A stretch of DNA of 55,025 nt, counting the filler, from Hemiscyllium ocellatum (Eukaryota): NCBI RefSeq assembly GCF_020745735.1. It is 3 parts of 3 records of this genome, joined end to end, with 100 filler letters (N's around TTAATTAATTAA, not from the genome) between each part and the next. Parts side by side here need not be neighbours in the genome. Positions count along the whole stretch, not along the records: positions 1 to 30,382 come from NW_026867508.1; positions 30,483 to 44,619 come from NW_026868080.1; 1 more part is not named here. One strand, given 5' to 3'. Each line of letters opens with the position of its first letter. Positions within the stretch are counted from its first letter, which is position 1. The notes under the pieces are model-generated. The model was not told the origin of the DNA. It was given only the letters and a program-made list of their open reading frames with translations, and did no database searches. The position numbers and the translations under genes are program-made. Positions 22,330 through 35,740 of this stretch are shown here, one piece after another.

Positions 22330-23100
22330 GCAAATCAATGCAGGATGTATACACTTAATGGTAAGATCTTGGAGAGTGTTTCTGAATTAAGAGATCTTAT
22401 AGTGCAAATTCATAGTTCCATGAATGTGGAGTCGTAGGTAGATAGGTCAGTAAAAAAGGTGCTTAGTGTATTTTCTTTTGATGGTCAGAAAATTGAATAT
22501 AGGAGTTCAGAGGTCATGTTGCGGGGGTACAGAACATTAGTTCGACAGCTTGTGAAATATTTTGTGCAATTGTGATCTCCTCCCATTGGTGGAATGTTAT
22601 GAAACTTGTGAGGGGTCAGAAACCTTTTACGAAGATTTTTCCAGGAATGGAACATTTGAGCGAAAGACGAAGGCTGAACAGGCTGGGATTGTTTCCTGTG
22701 GAGAGTCGAAGTCTGAGGGGTATACTGACATAAGTTTATAAAATTATGAAAGACATGAATAGGGAAATAGACAAGGACATTTCCCTGTAGTGGGTGAGTC
22801 CAGAAAGTGACGGCATGTGTTTCGATTGAAAAGGGAAGATTTAAAAGGGACCGAACAGGCAACGTTTTCACGCAGAAGGTGGTGCATGTATCGAATAAGG
22901 TGCCAGAGGAAGTGGTGTAGGATGGTACGATTACTGCTTTTAAAAGGCATCTGGATGGGTGTATGAATAGACAGAGTTGAGAAAGATGTGGGACAAGCGC
23001 TGAAAAATGGGGCGAGGTGGCTTCAGGATATCTGGTTGGTGTGGAAAATTGGTCTTAAGGGTCTGTTTCTGCGCTGTGCATCTCCATAATTCTACGAGCA
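22330..23100 (+). mobile_element. CR1-type LINE 3' fragment
   Basis: Typical CR1 3' sequence (ggaatggaacatttgagc...aggctgaacaggctggga...ttttcacgcagaaggtggtg...gcatctggatggg). Confidence 0.75.
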
Positions 23101-24696
23101 ACTGAGAAATCCGGCATTTTCTGTTATTGTTTCTGGCACACAGTACCTGTAGCAGTTTAGTGATTTTTTTCTGACGAGAGAGAGCAGAGAGTTTGAAACT
23201 CCTCATGGTCTTAAGTCAACATTCGCAAATTGGGAAATGTTAGAGACCATTATTGAGCGAAAAACCAGCAAGACTTTAGAACATTTAATGCAGGCAAACT
23301 GAACTAACGAAAGGAGAAACGTCTTCACACAAGAAATTGAATTTGTTATCACAGAAAGTAGTCAAGTACAAAAAGGTGCATGATTTCAAGAAGGAGTTGG
23401 AAACCACATTTAAGGTGAAAATATCCAAAGAACATGAGAATAAAACAGGGATAGGCTGATGAATTGAATGATAAGACGTGATCAAAATAAATGGCAGACG
23501 AGACTGCATGGGCCGATTAGCCGACTCCTGCTCCTATTTCCCTTAGACTTTTGAGGATATTATATTCACAGCATGCCATTACGATGTCTCGTTGAATTTC
23601 AGCCTCGAGTGCAAGATAATTTGAGTGCAGAAATAACGAACTCTAGCTTCAATTGTCCACGAGTTTGATTGAACTGCATTAGGAATACCATACGTAATTT
23701 TGGTCTCCTGATCTTAAGAAAGATATTATTGCGATAGAGGACTTAAAAGGAACATTCAGCAAATTTGCTGCTGGAAATGTCTAACTGTACTTTGAAGGGT
23801 GAGTGTGAAATCTGGGCCCGTATTCTTTACAGTTTCGAAAAGTGAAAAGTCATCAAGATCTCATTTAAAGGAATGGACAAAGTTGATGTATTTATGTTGT
23901 GGTTTTGGAATCTATAACCAGGTGGCAGAATTTGAATCGAAGGGGAATTAAAATTTACTCAGAAGATTCTGAAAGTTTGCAATATTGCACCAGAGATGAA
24001 CGACGCATCTTCCTGTTTGAATACGTTCAATGTTGATGCTGATCGATTTCTGATTACCAGTGATGTATGGCATTGAGGAATTGGCTCATTAAAGGCATTG
24101 CTTTAGTATGATAATCATGAATGACAGGCAGGCTCAATGGTGGAATTGTCTGCTCTTCTTCCTATTGTGTTACCTTCCAACCAGGACACACATTCACAAT
24201 ATTCACTTAATTCACTGGGTGCACACACAGTAGTATCATTGCACATATCCTGAAGATGCACTGCAACCAATAATTAAAACTGCAAAGAGTGCAACGTTCG
24301 ATCTTACAAAATGGAAGAGCAAAACCTGCATGTACTTAGCAGTAGTCCCACATGTAATTTGATTTCCAAAGTATACATTATCTGAACTTAGAAGTAGGTC
24401 AGTGTTCCTTCATTGTCGCTGAGTCAAAACCGCTCTCTAAAAAAAGCGCGTGCAGCTACTGTGCAAAGAGTGCAAAGATTCAGAAAGATAGTTCTCTATA
24501 ACATTTTCAATGCCAGCACGAGTAACAAAAGCAGACCAAACCACAAACGCCCCATCACAGAATCATTAAAATAAGAATTTCATTCACGTGCTAAAATTTG
24601 AATCCGAGAACACCTGGTCAACAGTATTTTCTTCTGACACAGACAAGAAAAGGGAATGTTGGAACAAAATTTATTGCATATTGTATTTTCGCCCTT

Positions 24697-25607
24697 TCAC
24701 TGCTGAAATTTTTTAACAAATGGATAGATTGTATATTTCAGACCATCCTTTAACTCAGCTCTGAATTTAGCCTGCGTTCCTGTATAAATGAACGGATTGA
24801 TGCATGAACTGAATAACTGAAGCATCATTCCAGTTTCTTGAAGAATAAACGTGGAATTAATAAAATCAGAACCAGAGGAGTACGTTACATGTGAAATTCG
24901 GACATAGAGGATGGTTGAAAAATACAACGAGTATAAAAGGATAAAACTGCCTGAAATGGCAAAGAGTAATACCATGGACTTTCTTCGCTTTTTCATCTCT
25001 GGGTCACATTGACTTTGTTCATTGCCTTGAACTCGGAGTCTTTTGCGAGCTCTGTTTGCTATTATGATGTGCCTGACAGTAAGGGCGTTGAGGAGCAAAA
25101 TGAACATGAATGGAAGGAAAGGCGTTAAAATAGAACGAATCCAATCATATGCAGTCCATGCAGGTGATGTATAATATATTTCTTTTATGGCACAAAACCA
25201 GGGAATATTGTCAATTATGTACTTAGGTTCGAACATAAAATACATAAAGATATTTTTTACACAGGTCAGTGTAGAGATGATTATTATGACTCTTGCTGCC
25301 ACCTTTTCGGTGCAATAAATTGCTTTCAACTTCTGGCAAGAAATGGCTATAAACCGATCAAATGTGAAGGCAACAGTAAACCAGGCAGAACTGTCAATGG
25401 CAGCAAAATTTAAGGCAGAGCGAAAACTGCACACTGGTGTGATAGACAGGACACTAAGTGGGAAATAAAGTCCAGCAATCCGGTTTAATATTACTGCAGT
25501 GATCATGACGAGGAGATCGGTTACTGCCATGGACACCAGGTAATATATTATGCAACGGGACAGACCACATCCTTTTCGAGACAGGATCACAATCACTGCC
25601 AAGTTAG
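24697..25607 (-). CDS. Rhodopsin-class GPCR, GPR139/GPR142-like, main coding exon
   Basis: Acceptor ttacag at 25608, then an intact frame: NLAVIVILSRKGCGLSRCIIYYLVSMAVTDLL, TFDRFIAI, LLNALTVRHI, KSMVLLFAISGSF, CINPFIYT. It has hydrophobic TM segments. The short first exon was not located. Confidence 0.9.
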
Positions 25608-25993
25608 CTGTAATAGACAGAGAACATCACAAGATTAAAATGATACTGGTGTGATTCTGAACAGAGTCGTTTAATTTTGCTGGATTTTGTTTCATATTTA
25701 TACACATCAAACTAAAATCAAGCACCCCTACAGCTTGCAAACAGACATCAGGCCCAATGGGTCCAGAATGAAACACCAAAGAACACCTGACCCAGTACCA
25801 TTCTTGTATCCTCTCCTTGTAATCATGTATTACCCAAAGCTAATGCACCTAACCAACACTGTGAGTAATTGAGAGTGGTCAACCCACCTGACTTGCATAT
25901 CGTTGAACATAACACCTTTAGATTTAAAGATATAATGCACCATTGTTCGATGTAAATTGTGACTTCGTAAAAGAAAGGTTGTTGAATGATTAT

Positions 25994-26217
25994 CGAGAAG
26001 AAAGTGAGGTCTGCAGATGCTGGAGATCAGAGCTGAAAATATGTTGCTGGAAAAGCCCAGCAGGTCAGGCAGCATCCAAGGAACAGGAGAATCGACGTTT
26101 CGGACGTTTCGGGCATTAGCCCTTTCCTGAAGAAGGGCTTATGCCCCTGACGTCGATTCTACTGTTCCTTGGATGCTGCCTGACCTGCTGCGCTTTTCCA
26201 GCAACACATTTTCAACT
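25994..26217. mobile_element. Short palindromic Penelope-derived element with 13-bp flanking direct repeat
   Basis: Inverted arms (tgttgctggaaaagcccagcaggtcaggcagcatccaaggaacag / ctgttccttggatgctgcctgacctgctgcgcttttccagcaaca). It is flanked by gttgaatgattat at 25981-25993 and 26218-26230. Confidence 0.75.
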
Positions 26218-26719
26218 GTTGAATGATTATGCAAAGTAGTCTTCATCATAATTACCTGCATTAAGAAGATAACTTTGCTAGAGAACTGGATTGCTCAAAC
26301 AATTACTAAAGAAAATTGGATACACATTCCGAACAACAAAAGAACATTTAATAATTTAGAAATCATTAAGGTGGGGGAGTTTTCTTAAATTGAGAAGAAA
26401 GGCTTACAAAGGGCAAGAAGAACAACTTCCTTTAATTCAATTTCCAGAAGGTTATTGTGTGATTTTAGAAAACTCAGTCGGAGCAGATTATGGTCTTCCA
26501 CTCAGTATCCCTGACTGAAGATGGAAATGCTTCAAATTGCATTTTTCTGAAAAACAAAATCCCCAAAGAGAGACGTAGAAGAGAGAAATATCGTCTTTCT
26601 CCAACTTCATGGAAGGAACTCAGTGGCAAATGCGACATCAGCAACTAGTAATCAACGAGACTGTTTGGTGCTTTGCAACACTATTGGAATTAACGTATGG
26701 AGTTGTTACATTTGGAGGA

Positions 26720-27200
26720 TGCATTTCTCCAATGCAATAACTCCTTCATGGTTCAGTGCGACATTGGGCAAATGATCTGTCTTACCCTAAATTATATATT
26801 TAGAAGAAAAAGGTGCTGAACAGATCGAACTTTATTACTCATGGCATAGATTATAAGGGCATTGTCCTGAATTTTGGTTGGGTCATAGCTGGAGTACTGT
26901 GTGCTGTTCTGGTAACAACAGCAAGATACAGGATATAGTAGGTATGGGAGGAGTTGTAGATATGGGATAAACAAGTTTTTGAAACAGCATATCTGGTGAT
27001 AATCAGACATATTTTTGAAGAATCAGTAACAGTCGATGTGGAAATGGAGATAGAGTGATTGAAAAGAGGGGAAAAATACACTGTCCCTTATCAACTTGGA
27101 AATACTGCAAGCATCCATTCTTTGTCAGCTGAGAAATGCTGATGCATTTTCGAAAACTCAGTGTTTAATATTACCTGAGGTTAACAGTAAACTCAGAGTT
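26720..27200 (-). pseudogene. Possible decayed V-gene relic
   Basis: Leader-like end SLLLTS with a gtaat donor near 27175, then PTISC, NQNSGQCP, ALIIYAMSNK and gaaggagttattgcattg (EGVY(Y)CAL-like) in mixed frames. Confidence 0.3.
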
Positions 27201-29649
27201 TAATAAATGAATCAAATATAATCAGTCATGTTTGATCAGTGACTGAAGTTTTTCAATACCTGAATATGTTTTGAGTGTTATTCCACTGCCGACTCTCACA
27301 ATAATTCTACATATACACAGCGATCAAAATTTGAAAATACAAGCCGGTTATCAGAGTGAGTGACTTATTAGAAAGTCATTAACAAAATGATGGGTGCTTG
27401 GCAATTTAACATATGTGCATTATTGATGCACAATAAGAGTACAATTTTGCCATTATATTTTTTGTTAATTTGCGCGCAGTCCACTTGAGAGAAACATCAT
27501 TGAACTATTCTCTGGCTGTATTATCACAATATAATGCTAGTCTAACAATTAAACGAGTTTTAGCAATGTCAATAAGACATTGTGCTACAATGATGCAATG
27601 CGATGGTGACATAACTTGGCAGAAATACATAACTAATTCAAATCAAATGTTTCGTGCTTTAGCAAAACATTACAGGCGTGAAGGGTTAACATGAGTGAAA
27701 AATGTAATGGAACAATGATGGTATATGAACAAAATTGCATTGACAAATCTAAGACATTTCATTATAAATATAGAGAACTGCAAAATTAATAAAGATATGT
27801 AATGTTGAACATCAAAATGCCAGTAACTTGGTAAAACAAACAAGTGGTAACAGTCGAAGAGGACATTTTGCTGTTTTGCACACCATAGGGCAGTCCTTGT
27901 GGAGTTGAAAATCAAATAAGGAACTACGTACGTGCCAAACAGGCAGGAAGTGACAGATAGAGATAATTGATCCCGCAACCAATAGATCAGATTTAAGCAG
28001 GACGAGTTAGAACGTTCCCAGAATTCTATTTGGTCAATGAGATTTCAGAAACCACAGAAGATACCAGAGACTGCCAAAATTCCAATACCCGTGAACATTT
28101 GTATTCCAGAAAATGCCACCACAAGATAAGATATTCCAACAGAAATACAGCACTGGCATGCAACCCGGAATGAGGAAAGCTGCCCAGGTCTGTTCTGTAC
28201 GCAACAAGCAGTACAAATCCAAACTGAACAACTTCTCCATCTCGTCTCAATCACTCAATAAGTTATAGAAAATGTGACCAACAGCACAATTAAAATGAAT
28301 CTGTTAGTTCCAACCATCCTTCTGATGCCCAGTTTGATTTACATCAGGCCCAAGCCAGCTCCTGGCCTTATTTAGCAATTGGTTAAAAAATAAGATCTAG
28401 TGTTGAGGTGCGAATGACGGCCCTTGTCATTAAATTTTTAATGGTCGAAATGTTTCCGCGTGGAACTGTGCCACATTTGCATCAATATGCATTGAGAAAA
28501 AACTCAACCCTGGTTGGAATCATATTCGCACAAAGGAAGATAAAAGATATTCACATGATCTCTGGAATTATCTACAGATGTTTGTCTGCGTATTATCCTG
28601 AGTTCAAACATGTTTAGCGGCTTTAGAAATGGCATTCCCTTCATCGAAATGTGTGAATTGTTACAATTGCTTATAATTACTCATTACCTTTCAACATTGG
28701 CAATTTACCACGTGCTCAAGCAGACCAAATAAGCATATTTTGGTTTCAATCTAACACAAACAGCATTCGCACCTCACAAGCCTGGTAGACAATGACTAAC
28801 TCGAACAACAGAAGCTTTAACTCTTGCTGATGAATGTTGCGTGGCATTAAAATTCAGCAATATCAATTTTATAGCGAATACCATCCTTCAGAAAATTAAT
28901 TGAATTCACCATATAAAGACTATGGCTACAAATGCTAATCAGCAACTGAGAATACTGCAGCGAGTAATTCACCGCCGGAATCCCAAAAGTTGTCCACTTT
29001 CTCGTATACTTAATTCGTGCATGTGATAAGATACTCACCACAAGAATGGATGAGTACAAATCTGACAAAAACATCTAACGTCAAAACCACCCAGAAAGAA
29101 CCATATTGCTTTCTTAATATCATATCCTCGAGAAAACAGTCCGTCGAAATTCATGGACAAAAGTTCGCACCATCGAAACATGGCATTGCAGAAATTCACC
29201 AGCAGTCCTTGGATAACACCTTCCAAACCCACAAATACAGCCATCAGGAGACAAAGGGGAAAGAGATGCATGGACATTCCAGCACCTGATGTTAACCTCA
29301 AAGCTATGCACTGTCCTCACTTAGAAAGATAGCATCATCCTTTCACTGTCACTGACGAGAAATCAAAACTTTACCTGGAACCCCAATTATTGCAATGGCA
29401 GGATAGTAAATTGCAAAGATCACACCTCTCGGTATTCCGTGCATCTTTCTCAGAGTTCCTGAGTGCACGCCACAATTCATTGAAGATGTAAGCGTATTTA
29501 TTGCTGCTATCTTGCTCTTGGGACATAATTAGTTGCTTCAATCATTTACATGCATGAAATGTTATTTGTGCAGATGATTATTCAGCTGCCTCAGATGGAG
29601 ATAATGTTGTGATGCCATGTCCTGAGGTGAAGTCACTTCCTGTTCTTTT

Positions 29650-29990
29650 TCTCAGGGAATGGTAGGTGAGTTCCATCTCGATGTATTATGGGATCTATCA
29701 CCAAACACATCGAGTTAGATGCCCATCTAACACCCCCTTAGAAAAAAGAACAGGACGTGACATCAGCACTGGAAATGACAACACCGCAGGAAATGACATC
29801 ACCAACCAAAGAAACCCAAATATAATAACTAAATGCAGGACTTATCAGCAGTGCTTCGTCTGAGACCCACTGTAGATTTTACCTAGTAGGGTGACGAAAC
29901 GTCTGGAAATGAACGTTCCAACTTAGGAGCAATCCTACATCCAAACCTCAACCTGAGCTAGAAATATGCTCAAAACTCGCTAACCTATAA
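29650..29990 (+). mobile_element. Penelope-like element 3' terminal fragment with decayed hammerhead motif
   Basis: ggaaatgacatcaccaacc...ccactgtagattttacctagtagggtgacgaaacgtctgg...aaacctcaacctgagcta. Confidence 0.6.
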
Positions 29991-30382
29991 GTTATATACC
30001 CAGACCTTGAATAAGTTCTTGAAGGTTGTTTCAAGGATATTTCATAGAACATAGAATAGAGATCGTTGCAGCACAGTACAGTCCCTTCGGCCCTCGATGT
30101 TGAGCCAAGCTGTGGAAACTATCTGAAACCCACCTAACATATGCTATTCCATTTTCATCCATAGGTTTATCCATGGCTATTTGAATGCCCCTAAATTTGG
30201 CGAGTCTATCACCGTTGCAGGTAGAGTTTTCTACACCAATACTACTCACTGGATAAAGAAATTACCTCCGACATCTCCCTATACCTACCAACACTCAACT
30301 TAAAGCTGTTCCCCGTCGTAGCCATCATCATCTGAGGAAAGAGGCTCTCATCGTGCACGGTATTGCACCCGCAGATTTGGAC

Positions 30383-30482
30383 NNNNNNNNNNNNNNNNNN
30401 NNNNNNNNNNNNNNNNNNNNNNNNNNTTAATTAATTAANNNNNNNNNNNNNNNNNNNNNNNNNNNNNNNNNNNNNNNNNNNN
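30383..30482. other. Artificial contig linker
   Basis: 44 N + TTAATTAATTAA (30427-30438, palindromic, stops in all six frames) + 44 N. Identical in design to 44620-44719. Confidence 0.92.
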
Positions 30483-31990
30483 GCTAGATAACTCCCAGAT
30501 TTCATCTTCTCCACCCTTAATGCTTTTTTAGTTATCCTCTATAGCTCTTTAAAGACTTCCTAATCCTCTGGCTTCCCACTATCCTCCACCACATTGGATG
30601 CCTTTTCTTTTGCTTTTATGCTGTCCTTGACCTCCCTCATCAGCCATGGTTGCCTTGTCCTCCCCTGAGAATGTTTTTTTCTTTTTTGGGATGAATTCCT
30701 ACTCTACTTCCTGAATTACCCCCAGAAACTCTGCTGTTTGCTGCCCCACCATCTTACCTGCTCGGCTCCCCTTACAACCAACTCTGGCCAGCTCCTTCCT
30801 CATGTCTTTGCAGTTACCTTTACTCAACTGAAATACAGTTCCATCTGATTGTAGCTTCTCTCTCTCAAACTACAGGGGGAATTATGGTCACTTATCCAGA
30901 GTGATACTTTCACCTTAAACTCACTAATCATGTTTGCCTCATTCCACATCACTGAATCCACACCTGCCTGTTCCATCATGGCTCAACCACAAGCTGCTCC
31001 AAAAACCATCTCGTAGACATTCCATGAAATCCTTTTCTTTCGATGCACTACCCAGTCCACCTATCCATTGAGGTCTACCCTGACATTTAGTTTATCCCTT
31101 TTCTGGGCGGCATGGTGGCACAGTGGTTAGCACTGCTGCCTCACAGCGCCTGAGACCCAGGTTCAATTCCTATCTCAGGCGACTGACTGCGTGGAGTTTG
31201 CTCATTCTCCCCCTGTCTGCGTGGGTTTCCTCCCTCAGTCCAAAGATGTGCAGGTCAGGTGAAATTGGACATGCTAAATTGCCCGTAGTGTTAGGTAAGG
31301 GGTAAATGTAGGGGTATGGGTGGGTTGCGCTTCAGTGGGTCGGTGTGGACTTGTTGGGCTGAACAGCCTGCTTCCACACTGTAAGTAATCTAATCTAATT
31401 TTCTGTCTCCTGATTGATTTCCTTCCCCACACCCTGATTACTGCTTGGAGACCTGGACATAACTTGCATCAGATTCTTTATTGTGGTTCCTCAGCTCTAC
31501 CCACACAGATTCTACACCTTCTGACTTCTTGCTATTGATTGAATTTTATTTCACACTAACAAGGCAACTCTTGCCCCTCTGCCCATCTGCCTGTCCTTTT
31601 GATAGGACATGGATCCTTGGATATTTAGTTCCCAGCCCAGACCCCCTTACAGCCATGTCTCTGTGATACCCACAACATCGTACCTACCAGTTTCAATCTG
31701 CACTACAAGCTCATTGTGTATACTGTGTGCATTTAAGTACAACACCCTCAGTCCTGCATTGACTGCCCTCCTTCTCATCATTGTCCTCTTATCTACTGTG
31801 CTTGAAGTTCGACTCTTGTTCCTTTCTGTACTCTCTGTCCTAGGTTGTCTTCTAGAAACTTGAATAACCTCTCCTGAGCCCTCCTCCACTTTAACTAGTT
31901 TAATTCCTTGGACACTCAATTTACCTTGATTTATTGCGTCACTTTGTCTACCTTATTCGGAATGCTTTGTGCATTTAGTTACAAACTCTT
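30483..31990 (-). mobile_element. CR1-type LINE ORF2 5' part, interrupted by a SINE
   Basis: ORF 31647-31919 has LRVLYLNAHSIHNEL...YDVVGITETWL (APE endonuclease start). The element continues as linker-region DNA toward 30483. Confidence 0.8.
31105..31400 (+). mobile_element. HE1/V-SINE-like element nested in the CR1
   Basis: gggcggcatggtggcacagtggttagcactgctgcctcacagcgcc...gtaagtaatctaatctaa. Homologous to 15128-15432. Confidence 0.8.
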
Positions 31991-32179
31991 TAAATTTATT
32001 TTATTATTGATTTTCCCTGCACTTCTTTAGTTCCTTTGATATTCAAAAAATCCGTCCCCATCTTTTATTTTCTGGTAACAATCAATCCCACCACTAACCA
32101 ACAATCGACCTTCTCCTTCACCTTCTGTTTTCTCATTTTCCATCCAACTGAACCAAATTACTTTATGTGTCGATTGACC

Positions 32180-32500
32180 TCAGGCATGGTGGCTCAGTGG
32201 TTCGCACCGCTACCTCACAGCGCCAAGGATACGGGTTCAATTCCTGCCTTGGGAAACTGTCTGTGTGGTGTTTGCACATTGTCCCTGTGTCTGTGTGGGT
32301 TTCCCCCAGGTGCTCTGGTTTACTCCCACTGTCCAAAGATGTGCAGGCCAGGTGAATTGGCCATTCTAAATTGCCTACAGTGTTAGATGAAATAGTCAGG
32401 AGTAAATGTATGGAATGTTTCTGGGTGGGCTGCTGTTTGGAGGGTTGGTGTGGACTTGTCAGGCTGAACTGCCTGTTTCCACACTGGAGGGAATCTAATC
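32180..32500 (+). mobile_element. HE1/V-SINE-like element
   Basis: ggcatggtggctcagtggttcgcaccgctacctcacagcgccaagg... Same family as above. Confidence 0.7.
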
Positions 32501-32699
32501 AGGCCAATATTTCTCATTATTGCTCTTTGATCTCTTGCTTCTACTTGAATCCTGCTGTGTAGAAACTGGCTGCCACCTTCCTGACATTGCAACAGTGACT
32601 CCTTGTCAAACAAAACTGTCTGTAAATGTCTTTGGAAGAGCCTGAAATGTTAAGGGCTGGATTGATGCCCATATGCTCTAAACTTTTCTGATTTACATA

Positions 32700-35400
32700 T
32701 CCATGCCTTTTAAATGTTTTAATCATACCAGCCTTCACCACTTCTTCTGGCAGCCCATTTCATACATTTAACACCATCTGAATGAAAACGTTGTTCTTTA
32801 GGTCCCTTTTAAATCTTTCCCCTGTCACCTTCAACCTATGCCCTCCAGTTCTGGACTCCCCCACTCTGGAGAAAAGATCTTCTCTATTCACCCTATCTAT
32901 GCTGCTCATGATTTTATAAACCTCCATCCGGTCACCCATCAACCTGCAATGATCCAGGGAAAACAGCCTCAGCCTATTCAGCCTCTCCCGATAGCTCAAA
33001 CCCTCCAACCTTGGCAACATCCTTGTAAATCTTTTCTGAACCATTTTAAGGTTCACAACATTTTTCCTCCAGCAGGGAGACCAGAATTACACACAGTATT
33101 CCAAAAGTGCCCTAACCAATGTCTGTCAGCCACAAGAGCTCCCAACTCCAATACTCAATGCACTGACCAATAAAAGAAAGCAAACCAAATGACATTGTCA
33201 CCCCCCCCACCCCCCCACCTACCTGCAACCTCACTTCCAGTGAAGTATTCTTTTTTTTTGGATGAACTGAGAGTCTTCCAGTTGTGAAAGATGCCATTCC
33301 ATGGACTTTTGGATGAAGAGCAGGCAGTTCCCCCTGGTGTCCCTAATCAATATTTATCCCCCAGTCAAAATCAATGAAAATCTGTTTCTCTTCTTTTTAT
33401 CATATTGTGTTTGGGATCTCGCTGTGCACAGTCTGCAGGAAAGATCCATTGGGACATCTTGATTTGGGGACAGGTGCTTCACAAATGCAAGTCTTTCTTT
33501 AAGTTTGAAGTCTCCTGATCCGAACACTCACCCATTGTCTGTGCACTCTCACCTTCCGGGGGCATGGGGTCATTAGGAGCAGTGACCCAAAGGACACTGA
33601 GACTCTTTGCAGCCTCACCCTTGACCTCAGCCCAGCAGTGTGCAGCAAGGTTTGAAATGTAATCTAGAACCTTCTACACAGACACCCCAATGTGACTCAT
33701 TCCCGAAGTGTGTGGATCCGAGTCTGCTCCAAAGTTCTCGGATAAATTTCTCCTGATCTGTGGGTGATCGGAGGTTTGTTAAAGAAGTATCAAGATCCAT
33801 CCCACTTTCCAGCTCTTGCTCCATAGCTCTGGAGGTTTCACTGTTTGAAGTGAATACCCAAGTGTTTTTTTCAAAGTGATGAGGGTTTCTGCCTCTCCCA
33901 CCCTTTCAGGCTGTGAGTCCCACATCCCACCAAGCTCTGGGTGAAAACAAATACCCTCAACTCCCCTATAATCCTGCCCCCAACTGATTTCAATCTCTCC
34001 CCATGGTTATTGCCCTCTGTGCTGGTGGAAATCAGTCCTTCCTACCCACTCTGTCCAGGCCCCTCATCATTTTACACACCACCATCAAATCTCCCCTCAG
34101 CCTCCTGTGTTCCAACAAAAACACTCCCAGCCAATCCAAACATTCCTCAAAACTCAAAGTTCCCATTCCAGACAAACTCTTCCTCTGTCCTGGTCTCCTG
34201 TGGGATCACATCCTTCTGTAATGTGGTGACCAGAACCGTACACTGTTCTCTCACTGTGCTCTAACTGGGGTTTTATACAGTTCCAGAATAAACAAACACC
34301 TTGCTTTCACAGTCAACCAAAAATGAGATAAGGGAGGTGATGGTCTAATGGTGTTATTGCTGAGCTGTTAATCCAGAGATCCAGGTAATGTTCTGGGGAC
34401 CAGGGTTAGAATCCAGCAGATGGTGGCATTCAAATTCAATCAAAAAAAATCTGGAATTAAGTCTAATGACGACCATGAAACCATCTTTGATTGTCAGGAA
34501 AACGCCATCTGATTCCCTAATGTCCTTTCGGGAAAGAAACTGCCATCCTTACCATGTGACCCCAGACCCACAGCAATGTGGTTGACTCTAAACTGCCCTT
34601 TGGGTGATTAGCGATGGACAATAAATGCTGCCGATCCAGCAATTGCCCTCATTCCATCAAGGGAAAATGAAGAACAGTTTATCCCATGTGTCTTCTTACC
34701 ACCTCACTGACCTGCATTAAACACCATGGCCAAATCTTCCATCTCCACATGACTTGCAGTTTCAAATTCCTTCATTATCTGAGATACAGATAGAAACATC
34801 CAAACTACGAGCAACCGTAGGCCATTTGGCCCCCAAGCCTGCTCCACCATTCAATATGATCATGGCTGATTATCCAACACAGTCCCCTGTTCCTGCTTTC
34901 TCCCCACATTCTTTGATCCCTTTCATCCGAAGAACTACATCTAATTCCTTATTGAACACATACCGCATCTAATTCCCTCATGCTGGTAAAATGGATGAGA
35001 ATTATTGGGTTGTTGTTTTTTGACCAGTATGGACACAATGGGCTGATGGGCCTTTTGGGTCTCTCTGACTCGATGATTCTATTATTATACTTTAAGAATA
35101 ACTGAGTACCAAGGACTGACCACTGTGTAACTACCTGTCATTCAGAAAAAGACTCATTCTTTCTGTCCTGTCTGCCAACCAGTTCCCAATCCATGTCAGT
35201 ATGTGAACCCCAATCCTCTTGTTCATTTGGTCTAGATCTGGAAGCCACACCCTTACTAATTGTGGGACCAGATTCTGAACAGTCTGTCTCATCCTTCGAG
35301 GGCTCCTACTGCCCTGACACTGATTTCCCATCATGCCATTGGTTCCGATCCACTTTTACCAAAGCACCACACAGTTTAGTAAAATGAAAACTTTTACACT
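32700..35400 (-). mobile_element. Cluster of CR1 3' fragments and SINE remnants
   Basis: ORF 32760-33056 (VQKRFTRMLPRLEGLSYRERLNRLRLFSL...GGHRLKV). Further CR1-like pieces lie at ~33780-34310 and ~34780-35400. Confidence 0.7.
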
Positions 35401-35740
35401 TGCTCCATGGTTCTCCATTTCCATCCCTACTCTCAATCTCACTGAGTTCTGATCACTGTCACGAAAATGCTCCCCCATTGACAGCCCTTCCAGCTGCCCA
35501 GAAACTGTCCCTTCTCTCTATGCTACTTCACCATCACCTTCTCAGGGGCAATTAGGGATGGGTAATAAATGTTGGCCCTGCCAGTGACACCCACATCCCA
35601 AGAAGCAATGTGAACAATGCTTGGTCATTTGTTGGGTTTATTCTGTATTGACGACAAATGTTCAAAAAGATTGTATGGCCAGATTATGGTTGAATTCCCT
35701 TCCAGTGGCAGGAATTAAAATTGTTTCTCTTGTCTTTCAG

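Larger units (their letters stand above)
20920..22620 (+). repeat. Local tandem duplication (copy A ~20920-21895, copy B ~21898-22620)
   Basis: Shared blocks include gctggtgaaactcactag, ggagagttaaacagaattga and the CR1 fragment gatgtatacacttaatg. Copy A has an extra 224 bp carrying two tRNA-like genes. Confidence 0.9.

Noticed and set aside
28960-29074. TTFGIPA segment as exon 1 of the GPCR
   Set aside because: The available donor is phase 0 while the main exon needs phase 1, and the upstream peptide is not TM1-like.
29035-29301. ORF with a signal-peptide-like start (MHLFPLCLLMAVFVG)
   Set aside because: No recognisable family and no supporting neighbouring exons.
33490-33530. VFGSG as a J segment for the kappa C
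   Set aside because: It is on the opposite strand to the C exon, lacks the T-x-L/V tail, and has no RSS or donor.
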